From Atractiella rhizophila (Eukaryota), in the NCBI GenBank assembly GCA_021432655.1, contig MU271237.1, positions 77,132 to 128,346 on the forward strand: DNA of 51,215 nucleotides, read 5' to 3'. Numbering within the stretch: the first letter of the stretch is position 1; every line of letters starts with the position of its first letter. A program made the position numbers and the translations under genes. Below are positions 12,401 through 24,784 of this stretch, piece after piece. The notes beneath the pieces were generated by a model, which saw only the letters and a list, made by a program, of their open reading frames with translations, had not been told where the DNA came from and did not search any database.

Positions 12401-13807
12401 TCAAGTACATTCGTAGTTCACCCCAACGTGCTAAGAAATGGCTTGAGGAGCTTGAATCTGCGCTCCAAGACGTTGAATCGATGTCTGAAGAGACCCTGCG
12501 CAAGTTGATTCTTGATGTTCGAACAAGGTGGGGATCGACCCATGATATGCTTGACTTGGCAATTAGATATCAACCTGCAATCCAGCGGTATGAAGAGAAG
12601 TATGAGCTAGAAGATAAGCTATCAGAGAACGAGTGGTCTGGTATCAAACTCATTTGTAACTGGCTCGAAATGTTTCGAAAGGCGACAATCCGAATGTCCA
12701 CGACTTCAAAATCCTGTCTTTCTGCAACCCTCCTGGAGTACCAGGCCCTCCTTGTACATCTACGTACCTCCGTCGCTAACTTTCCTGCCGACCTTGATCC
12801 AATATATCGAGATGGCCTCGTTGCTGCTCATACCAGACTTGCGGAATATCACTACAGGAGTGATGATTCTCCATATTATATCTATTCAGCCTGTATAGCA
12901 TTCCTCCTTATTCTAGAAGTTGTCTGACAATCTGGTCAGTCCTGGACCCTCGGTTGGGACCTTCATTTTTCAAATCAAATGCCTTCCAACGATACGCAAC
13001 GGAGATTGAGCAACATAAACAGAACTTGCTCAAGCTCTATCGAGATCATTATTACCGCCCTCCACCTTCTCGACCTCGATCAACTACAACTTCTGCCGAG
13101 AATGCGCACTATGCTGCAGTTTTTGCCAATCAAGAACCAGACAGAGATGGACTTTCTGGCGCAAGTTTTGAAATGGATGACACTTGGATGTTGGAGCCTA
13201 AATTTGCATGGAGCCACCGGCGCCTGGATCCTGAAGAAGATATATATGCATGGTACAAGGTTCAGTCTTCAAGCAACCTTCCTAACTGGTCTCAGATGGC
13301 TCGAGATATCCTTTCCATTCCAGGTATGTCTTTCTTATTATCTCCAGTGCTCTAATTTTTCATGTTTTGCTGTGCAGGTTGTGCTGTTGCAGTTGAAAGG
13401 ATCTTTTCAGGTGCGAGAGATACAATTGGGATCCGCAGGCATAGCCTGAAGGCGGAAACTATACGGGTTTTGATGGTGCTGAAAGCACATTTGAAGTTGG
13501 AGAGAGATCAGGAAGCACGGGCATTGCGAGCCGCAATTGCACAATTGGAGGCCTCACTACCAGTGCAGAAGTGATATAGTACGGGAAGCCTGACGGGAAC
13601 GACATGGTATTTGCAACGAGATTTTGTCTATTCCCCCTTATCTTGCACCGTGGTACGTCATAATACGGCTCATTAAACCGTACCGAATGCCCAACCGACC
13701 GTCTTCAGTTGTTCAGTTCGGTAACATTACAGTGCGGTTACGATTCCCTAACCGCACCGACCGTAAGGACCCCTTACGGCACCGGTTCGGTACGGTGGAT
13801 AGCCCTA
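9488..13807 (+). mobile_element. hAT transposon B, structurally complete (4,320 bp)
   Basis: TIRs TAGGGCTGTCCACCG and revcomp TAGGGCTATCCACCG (14/15). Perfect 8-bp TSD GTCAAGAT at 9480-9487 and 13808-13815. Dense ACCGT/ACGGT subterminal repeats at both ends. Confidence 0.95.
9914..13574 (+). CDS. hAT B transposase (multi-exon, possibly intact)
   Basis: ATG at 9914; the first introns splice in frame. BED-like finger, then LSLDAWTS (D1), TSDSASNN (D2), RCFPHIIHL (CxxH), LDVRTRWGST, LDPR and MARDILSIPG/CAVAVERIFS (E). Not every splice junction was checked. Confidence 0.85.
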
Positions 13808-14239
13808 GTCAAGATCTCAAGGTTGACATGCGAGGCTATAAATTTAAGACTCACAGGACCTCCTGGGTTGAGCTTAATTCCCAGGCCTCATTTGGTTGGA
13901 AGGCCCACTTTATCAGCCGTCAGATTGCCCTTCTTGGAGCTACATTCCTTCCTTCTCCATCGATCAGGTCATCTACTGCTAGCGGTTTCACAATGCTTCG
14001 CATAGCATCAGTAAGTACTTTTATCTTCTTATCAGTCCAATAACAGCTGATGTCTAACAGGTTGCAAGTCTTGATGCAGAACAAGTTGAAGGCAGATGAG
14101 GGAGAGCAAGGTTAGGTTGGCAGGATAAATGAAAGGGAAAGGAGGGCAGTGGCATTTAGGTGCATGGTTTCCTCTTCTAGATTATGCAAGGGTTTTCTTT
14201 GTTTCTTAGATTCAAATGCCTGTTAAAATGTCCCATCAC

Positions 14240-16444
14240 TCATTGTTGTGTTGTGTGTAATGCTCGGTCGCTAAACTTGATTATGCGGAGGAGAGTGTCC
14301 GCATGGCTGATCCCATCTATGAGGTTTTGAGGTGCCACATTTCCTCCAAAGGCCCACATCTCCGGCTGTCTAGCCAAGTGTTTGATCTCGTTTAATTTGG
14401 TTAACAAGACATTTTGAAGTCTTGTCCATTCCTCTCCTTGTCTTTCCTCCTCCTCTCGTCTTCTCCTTTCTGCATTTCTTAACTGTTCCACATTAGCCTC
14501 TTCAGTTCATGAAAGAGGTGATCCAGCAGGCTGGAAACCAACGGAAAAGGAAGTCACCCTTACAGCCAAACAAAGGTGTTTGCAAAGTGTGCCGTTCCGT
14601 GTGAAGAAAGGACAGCCACACTTGTCCAAATATCCTGATGGGGCAATGGAGATGTCAAACCAAACTGCAGGGTCCGAAAATGATTGGACCTGAAGTCCAG
14701 TTTCATTCGCCACTTCTCCATCTCCCTCGTGGTCCAGTATGCCTTGGAGATGGCGGACCATGCTACCTGCTAGGGTATAGTCGATGGTATCTGCTTGAGC
14801 ATAACAGGAACGGTCTGCTTTATCCTGAACACGTCTTTCAAAGCCCAAAAGGATGCGCAAGACCTTTCTGCGGTAATCTGGGAGAACCTGTTGCATAAGT
14901 AGGAAGACAAGATAGTCAACACGTTGTCTCCTCTTTCTTTTGATGTAGTTGACCTTGAGATCTTGATGCCAAGACTCGATATAGTTGTTTGTGTCGATGT
15001 TGAGTGTACACTCCTTTCTCCAGGCTTGTCCCATCGTCCCTTCTGATTTATCCATTGTGTTTCAAGGTAGGAAACCCACTCCGGTTGAAGCTTCCATTTC
15101 TCCTTCAAATGTTTCCACTCCTCTTCAAATCCACACTCAGTTTCCTTATACAAGAGTTAGACAAAATCCTTTGCCCCACCATTTCTGTTCTCCACATTGA
15201 GCTCTAGTTGTTGCTTGGTTCTTCCTTTTTGAAGTGGCTTGATCTTGTCCTTTGATTGTGCAACCAGACTTTTGAGGAGGTGCCAGTAACAGAAAAGGAT
15301 CTTTGCAGTTGGAAACACCTGAGCAATTGCAGCAGCTTCTGTGTCGGAACAGTCAATCATCCATTGTAAAGGCTGAAAGGAGGGGGCACAATATCTGATC
15401 CAGCGAAGGAAATCGATTATGGGGTATCGATGCTCTTCAGTAGTAATGCAGAATGAGACCGGAACACCCCTTCCTGCACCACAATGCTTAATCACTACCG
15501 TGTAGAGGAAGACCTTGGATCCTTTCCCCTCAATTGAGAATGCTGTGTTGTGAGTTGAATCGAGGCAAGCTGTCTGTCCAAACTCTGATAACAGCTCGTT
15601 CTGCCATTTGTCCATGAAACAGAACACAAAAGGCTGTGTCTGTTGGCCAGGATCACCATTTCCGATACACTCTTTTAAAAGAGTATCCCATCCTTCTGCT
15701 TTCAGCTCTGCTTCCCATTTCTTCAAGCTCTCCCATCCATCGGTGTCTTTATTTGCCAGGGCATTGAATCTCTTTCGTACAAAGTTGTACACATCTTGAT
15801 ATCCAAGACACATACTTTCCGGGATTGATGAAGGCCCACATGTGCTCCCCAAACCTTGCTCCAATACTTCCATGGCCTTATCTTCAAATGCAAGGAGGCT
15901 CCCGATAGGCCCCCAATCAAAGCCCCGGTTAACTTTGTCTTCTAACCAGGCACGTAAATGAGCAGGAATTCTTGATTCTTGGAATGACCTAAGAGATGAG
16001 GGGTCATGTCCAGTGTGATGGTCAATACGCTCAATTTCAACAAATTGTTCCCCGATGAACTTGCGCACTATAAGTTCCGCTTTGCAGCCGATCTTGATTG
16101 AAGGATCCACGTTTCGTTTCCCCATCTTGTTTTCCTGCTTTCGAGGTTTTCAGCTGTGATCACAGGAGTAGATCTGTACCTATTCCCACTTCTTTTTTGG
16201 TCCTCGTTGTGCTGATGCATTCTTATAGGGTTCATATCGATGGCCTGTTTTTGTTTGAGTTTGAAGGAATAATTCGCACATGCATTGAAGTGTCACCTCT
16301 GTCTTCACCATGATCTTGTACATTCTCTTCTCTCCTTGACCCCGCCATCATTTTTTCTCTCCTCGCCTTATTTTTATCACAACACTTCCCTGTTGCAACT
16401 CTCCACTCCACTCTCTCAGCTTCCTTTGCTAACCACCCATCCAA
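14240..16444 (-). pseudogene. MULE/Mutator-like transposase with SWIM finger
   Basis: KIGCKAE...HHTGH (WRKY/FAR1-like finger), CLDSTHNT, WMIDC...FCYWHLL, TNNYIESWHQDLK and SWIM CGCPFFTRNGTLCKH. In-frame TAA at 15157-15159 and a 1-bp frameshift near 15030. No TIRs identified. Confidence 0.9.
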
Positions 16445-16461
16445 CTCATCAATAGAAACTT

Positions 16462-17892
16462 TAAATGAATAGAACTACTCACCTGTTGTATTGTGATGTG
16501 TAAAAAGCTTTCGTAGCTCTTCAGGTGGAGGCGGGGGAACAGGTAGCAGCACCTTGCCATGGAGACAGCACAATGAAAACTTTGGATTCCGTTGTGGGCT
16601 GTTAACGATCTTCTCTTCCATCCAATGAAAGGCTTTGCAATGTCTACAAAGTAATCCCCAAGTAGAGAGGTGGTGTGCCTCAAGATCCATATCAGGTGAG
16701 TAGTTGAATGCAGGATAGTGATGTTGCCTCATTTCGCCTCGCAACAATGGGACTAATGCCCTATCCTCATCACTGTCCGCACCATCAGGATTAGGAGAGG
16801 ATGGGTGTGATCGGGCTTCTTCTTCACTGTACTCCTCAGGGGAGGGTGAACGCTGTCTCTGATGTCATCGAGCTGGTCGTGACGATATAGACAATGAAGA
16901 GCTTCGACAGCGCCGCTGGCACGGAGCCTTAGTTGATCTTGTCTCATGTTGAGGTGGAGTATGTGGAGTAGGATTGAAACGTGCAGGGCATCGCCTCTCT
17001 CTTATAGGTCGACCTTGGTGTAGTGGTGCCTCCTGCTGCAGACATTGAGGCTGTTTGGATCGGCGCTCTCGATTTCTTGTTTGATTTCTCTGAATTGCAC
17101 GTGGCATGAGAGTGTAGCTTGCTGCACATAACAAAATGATATGAGTGAAGAATATATAAGCCAGAGTCCACACACCTATGCTTTTTTTGCTTGATTTGAT
17201 TTGATGCTAACAGGCTGAGGCATACTATGGTAGACTGTTAGGAAGTATATTTGTGGTGAAAGACACTGTTTCACTTGCACGAATGCTTGCTCACTTTCCC
17301 TCATAGTTGGCAAACAACAGTTTTTGGCGCATGACCTGAGAAATCACAGAGAGCCCTGAAGAAATCACGTGCACACAGTTTGCGGACAACAGGATTTGGC
17401 AGTGACAAAATGTGACATGACTGAGACACGAACCCACACCAGCACCAATCAGTCAAGACTCAACTCCCGACCATATGCCAACTACACCATCACACAAACC
17501 CTTTACTTTGTAGGCTTATTTGATTAGGTAAGGAAATTTTTGTCAAGTGCCGAAGTCAGTCACTTGACTCAGTCAAGGAAGACAACTATTTTTTATCCTT
17601 TAAATAAGCTTTATTGTATATGGTTGGGAAGGTGCTGACACGCATATTCTGGTGGTACGCTCAGAATTTTGATGGGGTTGTTGTGGACCAAGAAGTCAAT
17701 TGAGTCAGTAAGGAAAACAATTTTTTTTCGTCTTTCAAATAGGCTTTGTTGTATACGGTTCGAAAGGCGCCAACACGCGTATTCTGATGGTATGCTCAGA
17801 TTACTGGCAGGCTTGTTGTGGGTGGTCAGAGAAGTGCTCAAAAGTACATGCGTGAGTCATGCTAAAAACCCGTCGTGCTTTATATATAAGGA
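16462..17892 (-). mobile_element. Helitron A, 5' fragment
   Basis: 5' terminus A|TCCTTATATATAAAGC at 17892. Helitron N-terminal Zn motif CRHCKAFHWMEEK...FSLCCLHGKV (16475..16747). Colinear with 49079-50355. Breaks inside an intron. Confidence 0.88.
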
Positions 17893-18607
17893 TTTGGACC
17901 TCTGTAGGATTATCTCATTGCGTTAGGCCCTTTCAATCCATTTCAGCATCACTGGCGGAATCTTGATCTACATTTTTGCTGTGGAGGACACTCTCCACTC
18001 AACTAGTTGGTCAGAACCTACTTCAACCTGAGATCAGTGGAGACGGTGCATCCACAGAAAATGTGTCTCCCTTGAGGAACAGCTGAGAAGGAGCATGTCA
18101 GCGAACAATGGCGCGAGGACTGTTCGGAGGGATGGGTAGGCGAATGTGCAAGCGTTAGTTCGGTGGACCATGGAGGAAAGAAAGGGGTAAATGTGATATA
18201 TAGCACCGGAGTTATTACTGTTGTAATCAATTAGTGTGTTCTGTAAGTTCGTAAAGAGGATCGAGTTCGCTCTATCGATGATTTAGTGCAGTCACACGAC
18301 ACACAGCTATCAGCTATGGATGCTTCGAATACCCTCTGCTCTGCTTAACTGCAGTACCGTCCCTCGTCGCAGATGATGCAGTATCCATCTCCTGCAGTCT
18401 GCTTCACGTCTTAGATTGCCCACTTCCATATAGAGCATCTTTGCCTCTTCGAACGCCTTCAGAGCATCCTCGTTCTCACCTTGGCGGTTAAAACAATCAC
18501 CAAGAGGTGTTGTTAGCGAACACTTTAGTCTTAACCATTCGGACCGTCTCTGACCCGGTGAGAGCGGCATGGCCAGCCTCATGTCCACGACACCGATCGC
18601 CTGTAAC

Positions 18608-19078
18608 TAGGGCTCTTCACCGTCCCGTCTGTCGAAGTTTGGCACTGAGACGGCGACGGGACGGGATCGACCCGTCCCGCCTGCCCGTCCATCTGGAGCT
18701 GTCTCCAATGTCTGACGGTAACAGGACGGTTGACGGGTTGGAGGGGCCGTACCCGTCTGACAGGCGGATGAGGCAGCTCTGTGTCAAGAATATTTCAGCT
18801 CCATAGCCTTGCAAACACTGTGAAAAGGTTAGCAAACCAGCAATGATTGCGTGTAAAGCGCGGGATTTCATGTTTCACACAAAACTTTGACACTTTTCGC
18901 TATTTTTCACAAGACTTGTCGTAAAATAAGACTACCCGCCCAGAAGGCCGATTGGCCCGTCTGTTAACCGTCCGGCTTGTGCCAATGACCTCGTTCGACG
19001 GTGACAGGATGGGAGTGCCAGAAAAGCCGTCCGTCCCGTCCCCGTCAACCGTCTACCCCATGACGGTGAAGAGCCCTA
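18608..19078. mobile_element. hAT-type MITE, 471 bp
   Basis: Perfect 17-bp TIRs TAGGGCTCTTCACCGTC and 8-bp TSD CCTGTAAC (18600-18607, 19079-19086). CCGTC/GACGG subterminal repeats. No coding capacity. Confidence 0.95.
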
Positions 19079-19210
19079 CCTGTAACAGTGAAGTGAGAGC
19101 TGATGTTTCAGGCGTAGAAACTCCGATATGTTCCCCAAATGCTGCAGGAGCGACCAAGCGACGGCCATAGAAAATGGTGATTGGGACCGACAGACACATT
19201 CGTTGAAGTA

Positions 19211-19701
19211 TCCTTATCCTTATATATATCCTTATATATAAAGCACGACAGATTTTTAGCATGACTCACGCATATACTTGAGCACTTCTCTCACCGCTCA
19301 CAACAAGCCTGCCAGAAATCTGAGCATACCATCAGAATACAGGTGTCAGCGCCTTTCGAACGGTATAGTTGGGACTGAGGGCAAGTTTTTCCTTACCTAC
19401 TCAACATCGGATCATTAAGTTAAAGAGTCTGTGCAATGGTGTAGTTGGTGTTAAGTGAGAGTGTGACATAATTTTGTTTTTGGGCTGGTTCGATTCTCTG
19501 TTCCCTCACATTTTGTCACTCTTGAAGCTGTGAGTGCCTGCACACAATTTAACAGATAATGTAGTTCCAAAGAAGTGTTATGAGTACTCAGTCACTGATT
19601 ATCTCTCAGCATGTTCCTAACAGCATAGTCAACCACTTTTTATTGAAAAATAGCAGAAACTCGATGTGGTCCCCCCGAGGGTCGAGGGGCCTCCCAGCTT
19701 G
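19211..19701 (+). mobile_element. Non-autonomous Helitron B (~490 bp)
   Basis: 5' end matches the Helitron A terminus. 19561-19630 matches the helicase stop region at 39394-39463. Ends with GC hairpin GGTCCCCCCGA-GGG-TCGAGGGGCC then CTTG, inserted between A and T. Confidence 0.85.
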
Positions 19702-19866
19702 TTCACAAATAAAATAGTGGCCGTTGCACAATTTCCAACTCCTCTAAATGTAGTAAACCTCCGAAGTGATTCCTTGGCCCTTTCTTGCAGCTCCGGATCC
19801 ATCTTCGAATCAATCTAGATGGAATTTCAGATGTACATGAGAACTCTAAATGAATGACTTTGCAAC

Positions 19867-20800
19867 TCAAAGGGACAAACTGGTATTATGCCTGCTGCCT
19901 TCTGCATCTCCTCCTCCGTGATCCTTGTCCTGCTTTTCCTTCAAAAAGCTGAAGAATGACCTGATTGAGCGCCCATGATTATCCAGGTGATTACGGAGAG
20001 TCCTTGTATTGCCATTGCTGGCAGCTGAAGAACAAACGACTCTAGGGCAATGATTACACTTAAAGTACTTATCGCCTTCTTTATGCTTCAGTTTGAGATA
20101 TCCAGGAACATCCTCCCATTTAAGGAATGGTAGAAGTAATAGACAACTGCACGGCAGTGACTGTAGGTGACAGCTAAACCCTGTGCTTCCATCAATCAGT
20201 ATTTTGACAGCAATGTAGCGTACATACAATGTCTTCAGTTGCCATTTCGTTAGTGCCCCGGAAAGTTGACTTTGCAACAACGGAGCCATCAGAATGAAGC
20301 TGTCCACAATTTAGCTATTGTCAGACGTTTCACAGGCACATCATGTAGAGCGCACCTTTCTCTGCTTGTTGTCTTTCTTTGAGCCATCAACTTTCAATGG
20401 TAATATCTCCGCGATCTCAGCTGCCTCGATATCAATGGGGTCAGGCTCCAACCTTGCATCCTCCTCCTCCTCTTGGTGCTGATCCTTCTCATTGACTGTG
20501 AAAGCTCCATCTGGTCCTATCGGATCAACGAGACCTTCAGGCAGAAGAAAGTGTGGATGTGCTCTGCGGCTGCACATAGATATGCTTTATGAGCACGGAG
20601 AATGACTTCAGGAACCAAAGAGGGGGACGTTTGAAGCTCCTTCCACAGAGTAGCAAACACTTTCAGACCGTCTTGATAACCGACATCGTTGACAGATGAA
20701 GGGCGCCATCCTGAGAGAGCAGCATGGAACGTCGTTATTGTCTTCAGATTGAGATTCCACTTGAGCAAGAAGAGATGTCGCTTCAAGGTAAAGAGCTGGC
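19867..20800 (-). pseudogene. 5' fragment of a hAT transposase related to hAT B and C
   Basis: TFHAALSGWRPSSVNDVG...RAHKAYLCAAAEHIH matches the N-terminal domain of hAT B. It is followed by an acidic linker and BED-like YFKCNHC...RTLRNHL. Confidence 0.7.
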
Positions 20801-22802
20801 TGTTGCTATCCCTTGCATGTTACACTGTTCTCCGAAAATTACGATCCGATAGCCATCCCTAAGCTTGATTATGTCCCTCTGTGACATGTCCCCAATAGAG
20901 GTAGCAAAAACATCTATATACTCCCTGAGAAGGTCACGAGCTGGCTGTTTCCATTCCTTTGTAAGGTTTGAGCCTTCAGGACCATCTCCAACAATGAAGT
21001 GATCCCTCAGCCTTTCCTATCTTTCTGCCATGCTTTCTGTTCCTGTTCCATTTACTCGACATCATGCTGGTGCTGATGCATCATTGGGTCTTGGTTGTGC
21101 ATTGTCTGAGAGTAGGAGGGGTTCGCTTTTCTCAGGTCGATTTGGGAAACCGCTGTTTCATGATTTCTCCAGGGATCTTGTGTTCGCTTATCTTGCCGTT
21201 AAAAAAGCCTGTATCAGTGAGCTTCCATGTTCCCTCAAAGGCTTCTCAAAATATTGTTGCCATATTGCTGGGGGGTGTTCATCCGTCTAATTCCAGACCG
21301 TGCTTGTTGGCCCTGAAGGTTGAACCCTCGAGCTCCGCCATCTTTTCCGTTGAGAATAATAAACCTGCCCAAAACAAGCCAAGATGGCCAAAAAGTGGTC
21401 AGAAAGTTCCCTGAAAATTTAAACATCCACCACCTTCGAAACTTCTCCCTCCTTCCACTACAATCCTCCTATACATTCAGCAGCTGACAGAATCGACGCG
21501 CTGTCAGTAGTCTCATCAATCCATCTCTCTCCATTTCACTCCTCTCCACCACAACCATATTGCCCAAAGCTCCAAAAGGACCATCGACTACTTGTCTCTT
21601 ATGCCATCCAGACTATGCCAGCATGCCCATCTCCTCACCTCTTAGACCTCCATTATCTCCTCAGAAGCAAACTACGCTTGTCAGCAGGATTCTTGCGACT
21701 CCAGCATCAGCAACTCAATTGACGACGACTCTGCACGCCAATCTATTTGGACAGGTGACGGCCCCTCCTGTTTACGAAAACCCACGTCCTACAACAGCGC
21801 CGATACACTCCAAAACAACGGCCCTGGCCCCAACCCCTCCTGTCATACGAACTGGAACTCAGCTTACAAAAAAGCAGATCGCCGCCTCCACGCTTTCACC
21901 CTCCCCCTCGCTTCATCCCCAAAGAAGAGAAGGCGGAGAAACAGTACTGAGGAGAGCATGCCTCTTCCCTTCTCCAGCCTGCCTTCTCACGGCTCTTCGT
22001 CTGCACCCAACACTCCTGATCATGCCGTTACGAGTCCTTCAAGGAAGCGGGTCCGGTTGGAACGGTTGTTTGAGCTTGGGAATTCTTAGACAACAGAGCA
22101 AGCGGTCAGTGCCTACATTGGAGAACACAATGAGAGGGATTGCTAATACAGGAGTAGGGGTCATCTGTTGCATCCCAGCCTCGCTTATTACCGCCAATAA
22201 CGGTATGACACTTGCTTTGCTTATGGAACAATGCACTGAATGATGAGCAACAGATCACTCATGGTCAATCAGCGCTGCCATCCAGCAACACAACGCCAGC
22301 GCCAATCTCCTCTACCCCTACAACCCAGCCACTTGACTTCGTGAATCCTTCTGTTAATGCAGTAATGGTCAGTACCCCTTCAAACCCGCTCCTCCGTCCA
22401 GGCTGTCCCTCCCCATGTACCTGCTGATTCTGGCCTATAGGAGTCGACTCCCAAAATATTCTGTGAACGATGCGGCGCAGATGATGTTTCGGCTTGTCAG
22501 AAAGCTACGCACCAGCGAGGTCAAGCTTGCCAAAAAGCACTACGGATATCTGAAGCGTTGTGGGTGGCATCCGGAATGTTTGGGTGAACAGCGCCAAGAG
22601 CGCATTACCTTGTCAGATGACCGGCTTGGTATGTCACACTCTGTGAGGCAAGGCAAGGTGGAGCTTATCACTTTTGTGATCAGCTTATGGACCTTCGAGA
22701 GAGCGGAGATGATTCAGGAGAGGATGAAGGAGTGCAGAACGCGGAAGGTGAATTTCTTGCAGCTGAAGCTCTTTTTGCGCTTGGAAACTGGCAAGTCAAG
22801 GA

Positions 22803-23327
22803 ATGTTTGCCCGGTCTCCAAACATCATTCCCATGTTTCCAAACGTGTTCCCACGTTTCCCATCTTTGCAAACGTGTTTCGTAGGTCTCCAAACATCGTT
22901 CCCATGTTTCCGATCTTTGCAAACATGTTTCCCAGGTCTCCACACATCATTCCCATGTTTCCACACGTGTTCCCCATGTTTCCCATCTTTGCATACATGT
23001 TTGCCCGGTCTCCAAACATCATTCCCATGTTTCCAAATGTGTTTCCCATCTTTGCATACATGTTTGCCGGTCTCCAAACATCATTCCCATGTTTCCAAAC
23101 GTGTTTCCCATCTTTCCCATCTTTACAAACGTGTTTCCTAGGTCTCCAAACATGATTCCCATGTTTCCCATCTTTGCATACATGTTTGCCCGGTCTCCAA
23201 ACATCATTCCCACGTTTTGAAACGTGTTTCCCATGTTTCCAAACGTGTTTCCCACGTTTCCCATCTTTGCAAACGTGTTTCGTAGGTCTCCCAACATCAT
23301 TCGCATGTTTTGAAACGTGTTTCCCAC
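22803..23327 (-). repeat. Complex minisatellite of 21-bp and 9-bp modules (array 1)
   Basis: Modules on the minus strand: ATGGGAAACACGTTTGGAAAC, ATGGGAATGATGTTTGGAGAC, CTGGGAAACACGTTTGCAAAG and ATGGGAAAC. Confidence 0.95.
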
Positions 23328-23603
23328 CTCCTACCCTCCCTTCTGTCGGGATTCCGAGAGTCCAGAAACAACCGGTGCGACCGCGATGTGTGGTGGAGGT
23401 GTGGGTGTGAGCAAAATTCGAGGTGGCAGTGGAAGTGTGGGTGCGATTGCAAGTGGAGGCAGTGGCAGAGGTGTACATGCGACGAATGGTGCAGGCTCTG
23501 GACTTGGAACGGGTTGACGTTGGGAATGTGAAAGAGGGAAGAGAGCAGTGGATGGCGGTGAAGATGTTTTTGGAGGCAGCAGTGTGTTCAGATTCATGCT
23601 CAA
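22803..23603 (-). pseudogene. Putative Pro-rich plus MGNTFGN-repeat protein, disrupted
   Basis: ORFs 23331..23603 and 23019..23327 are in one frame, separated by a single TAG. The repeat frame shifts near 23060 and is cut off at 22803. Confidence 0.4.
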
Positions 23604-24784
23604 AATGGATCTAATGGCAGTGAATAGTCTTGAGGAGCACGAGGGAGATTAGTGGAAAGTAAGCCTTCTTCAGTATGGCTTTTATAGCGCAGTACCTGAT
23701 AGCAGGACTAGATTAGCTTACGAGAATGCTCGTCATGCTTTGTGGACAGCTGCGAACCCTGGAAAGTCAGAAAAAGAGGCCTGCAGAGCTATTGGAGCAG
23801 AGTCCTCTTTGCTAAGAGATGGGAGGTGGCAAGCAAGTCGATTTTCGCCTATGCTTGAAACAGAACATGATCCTGACTATCACATGTATTCATGCACTGC
23901 AGTTCTAGCACAAAGTTGGGAAAGGGCTGGAGCAAGTACTCTGGACATTGTCTTCCCTACCAGAATTGATAGAAGTAAGGACTTATCAGTACTTCCACTC
24001 TCGCTGATGCGGATTTCAAAGCAGGCACCACTCAGGGTCTTGCTTTCTACATATGTTCGTGCCTACGTTTTACGGATCTCTCTTTTATAATCTAAGCATT
24101 GATTTGGATTAATCGTGTAATACAAGACTTGGCTAATCGCAACTAATTTTGACCAATATTGGCTGAGTAGTATAAGTTTGAGGAAAGCTAGAAAGCGGCT
24201 AGGGAGTGGGTGGAAGTAGCCAGAGGACGGAATTCGTAGGTTTCTGCTTTCTGAAGTGACCAGAAGATTTGCCAAAGTATACATTTTTTTGGCCACATTG
24301 GTCATGATTGGCCACCTTTTTGGTTAGCGACCAAAAACAACCAAAGTTGGCCAAAAGTGACCAAACGGCTTTTGACAGGGCACCAAGTCCCTACCCAAAT
24401 ATGAGCCATAACTTTGAAGATGGATCCCCTCACTCAAAATTTGTATACCACCTTATCCCTCTTTACAAAATACTTGTAATAAGGTGTATTTTGAATTGTA
24501 AAGACCAAATTTTATTTAAACACTTTTTGACAAAGTTGATAAAAAATTTCCCTGTCAATTTGGCCACTGCATCCAGGCAGATCCCAAGGCGGAGTGACCA
24601 AGCTGCACCAGCCACCGGCACGGTTATTGGTGAGTTTGGTAAGTGGCTAAACCTTATTTAGGCGATCAGAGCCGCTCAACAGGAATCCTTTCTTGGCCTT
24701 ATCAACCTTGCCAACCCTCACCTCTCCACCCTTCCACAGCCCTCTTTCACTAGGACTCATACCATGGGCTATCAAAGCAATGCA

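Larger units (their letters stand above)
18310..19820 (-). pseudogene. C-terminal relic of an NLR-like TPR gene, split by the MITE and Helitron B
   Basis: TPR LGDCFNRQGENEDALKAFEEAKMLYMEVGNLRREADC resembles the repeats at 35686-35970. Removing the MITE and one TSD restores LTSLLQAIGVVDMRLA. Upstream segments (LQERAKESLRRF; SPFSMAVAWSLLQH) resemble 35350-35550. Confidence 0.6.

Noticed and set aside
17750..19370. Composite transposon bounded by ~140-bp inverted repeats
   Set aside because: The repeats are two Helitron 5' ends facing outwards. Helitron B has its own 3' end and interrupts the TPR relic independently.
21560..22800. Host gene call for the Pro/Thr-rich and basic ORFs (also 25277-25937, 36000-36655, 42398-43078)
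   Set aside because: Protein-like but fragmented, with no motif I can recognise. Left unannotated pending a homology search.
22803..23327. CRISPR-like array
   Set aside because: There are no unique spacers; the whole tract is made of related modules, in a eukaryotic context with no cas genes.
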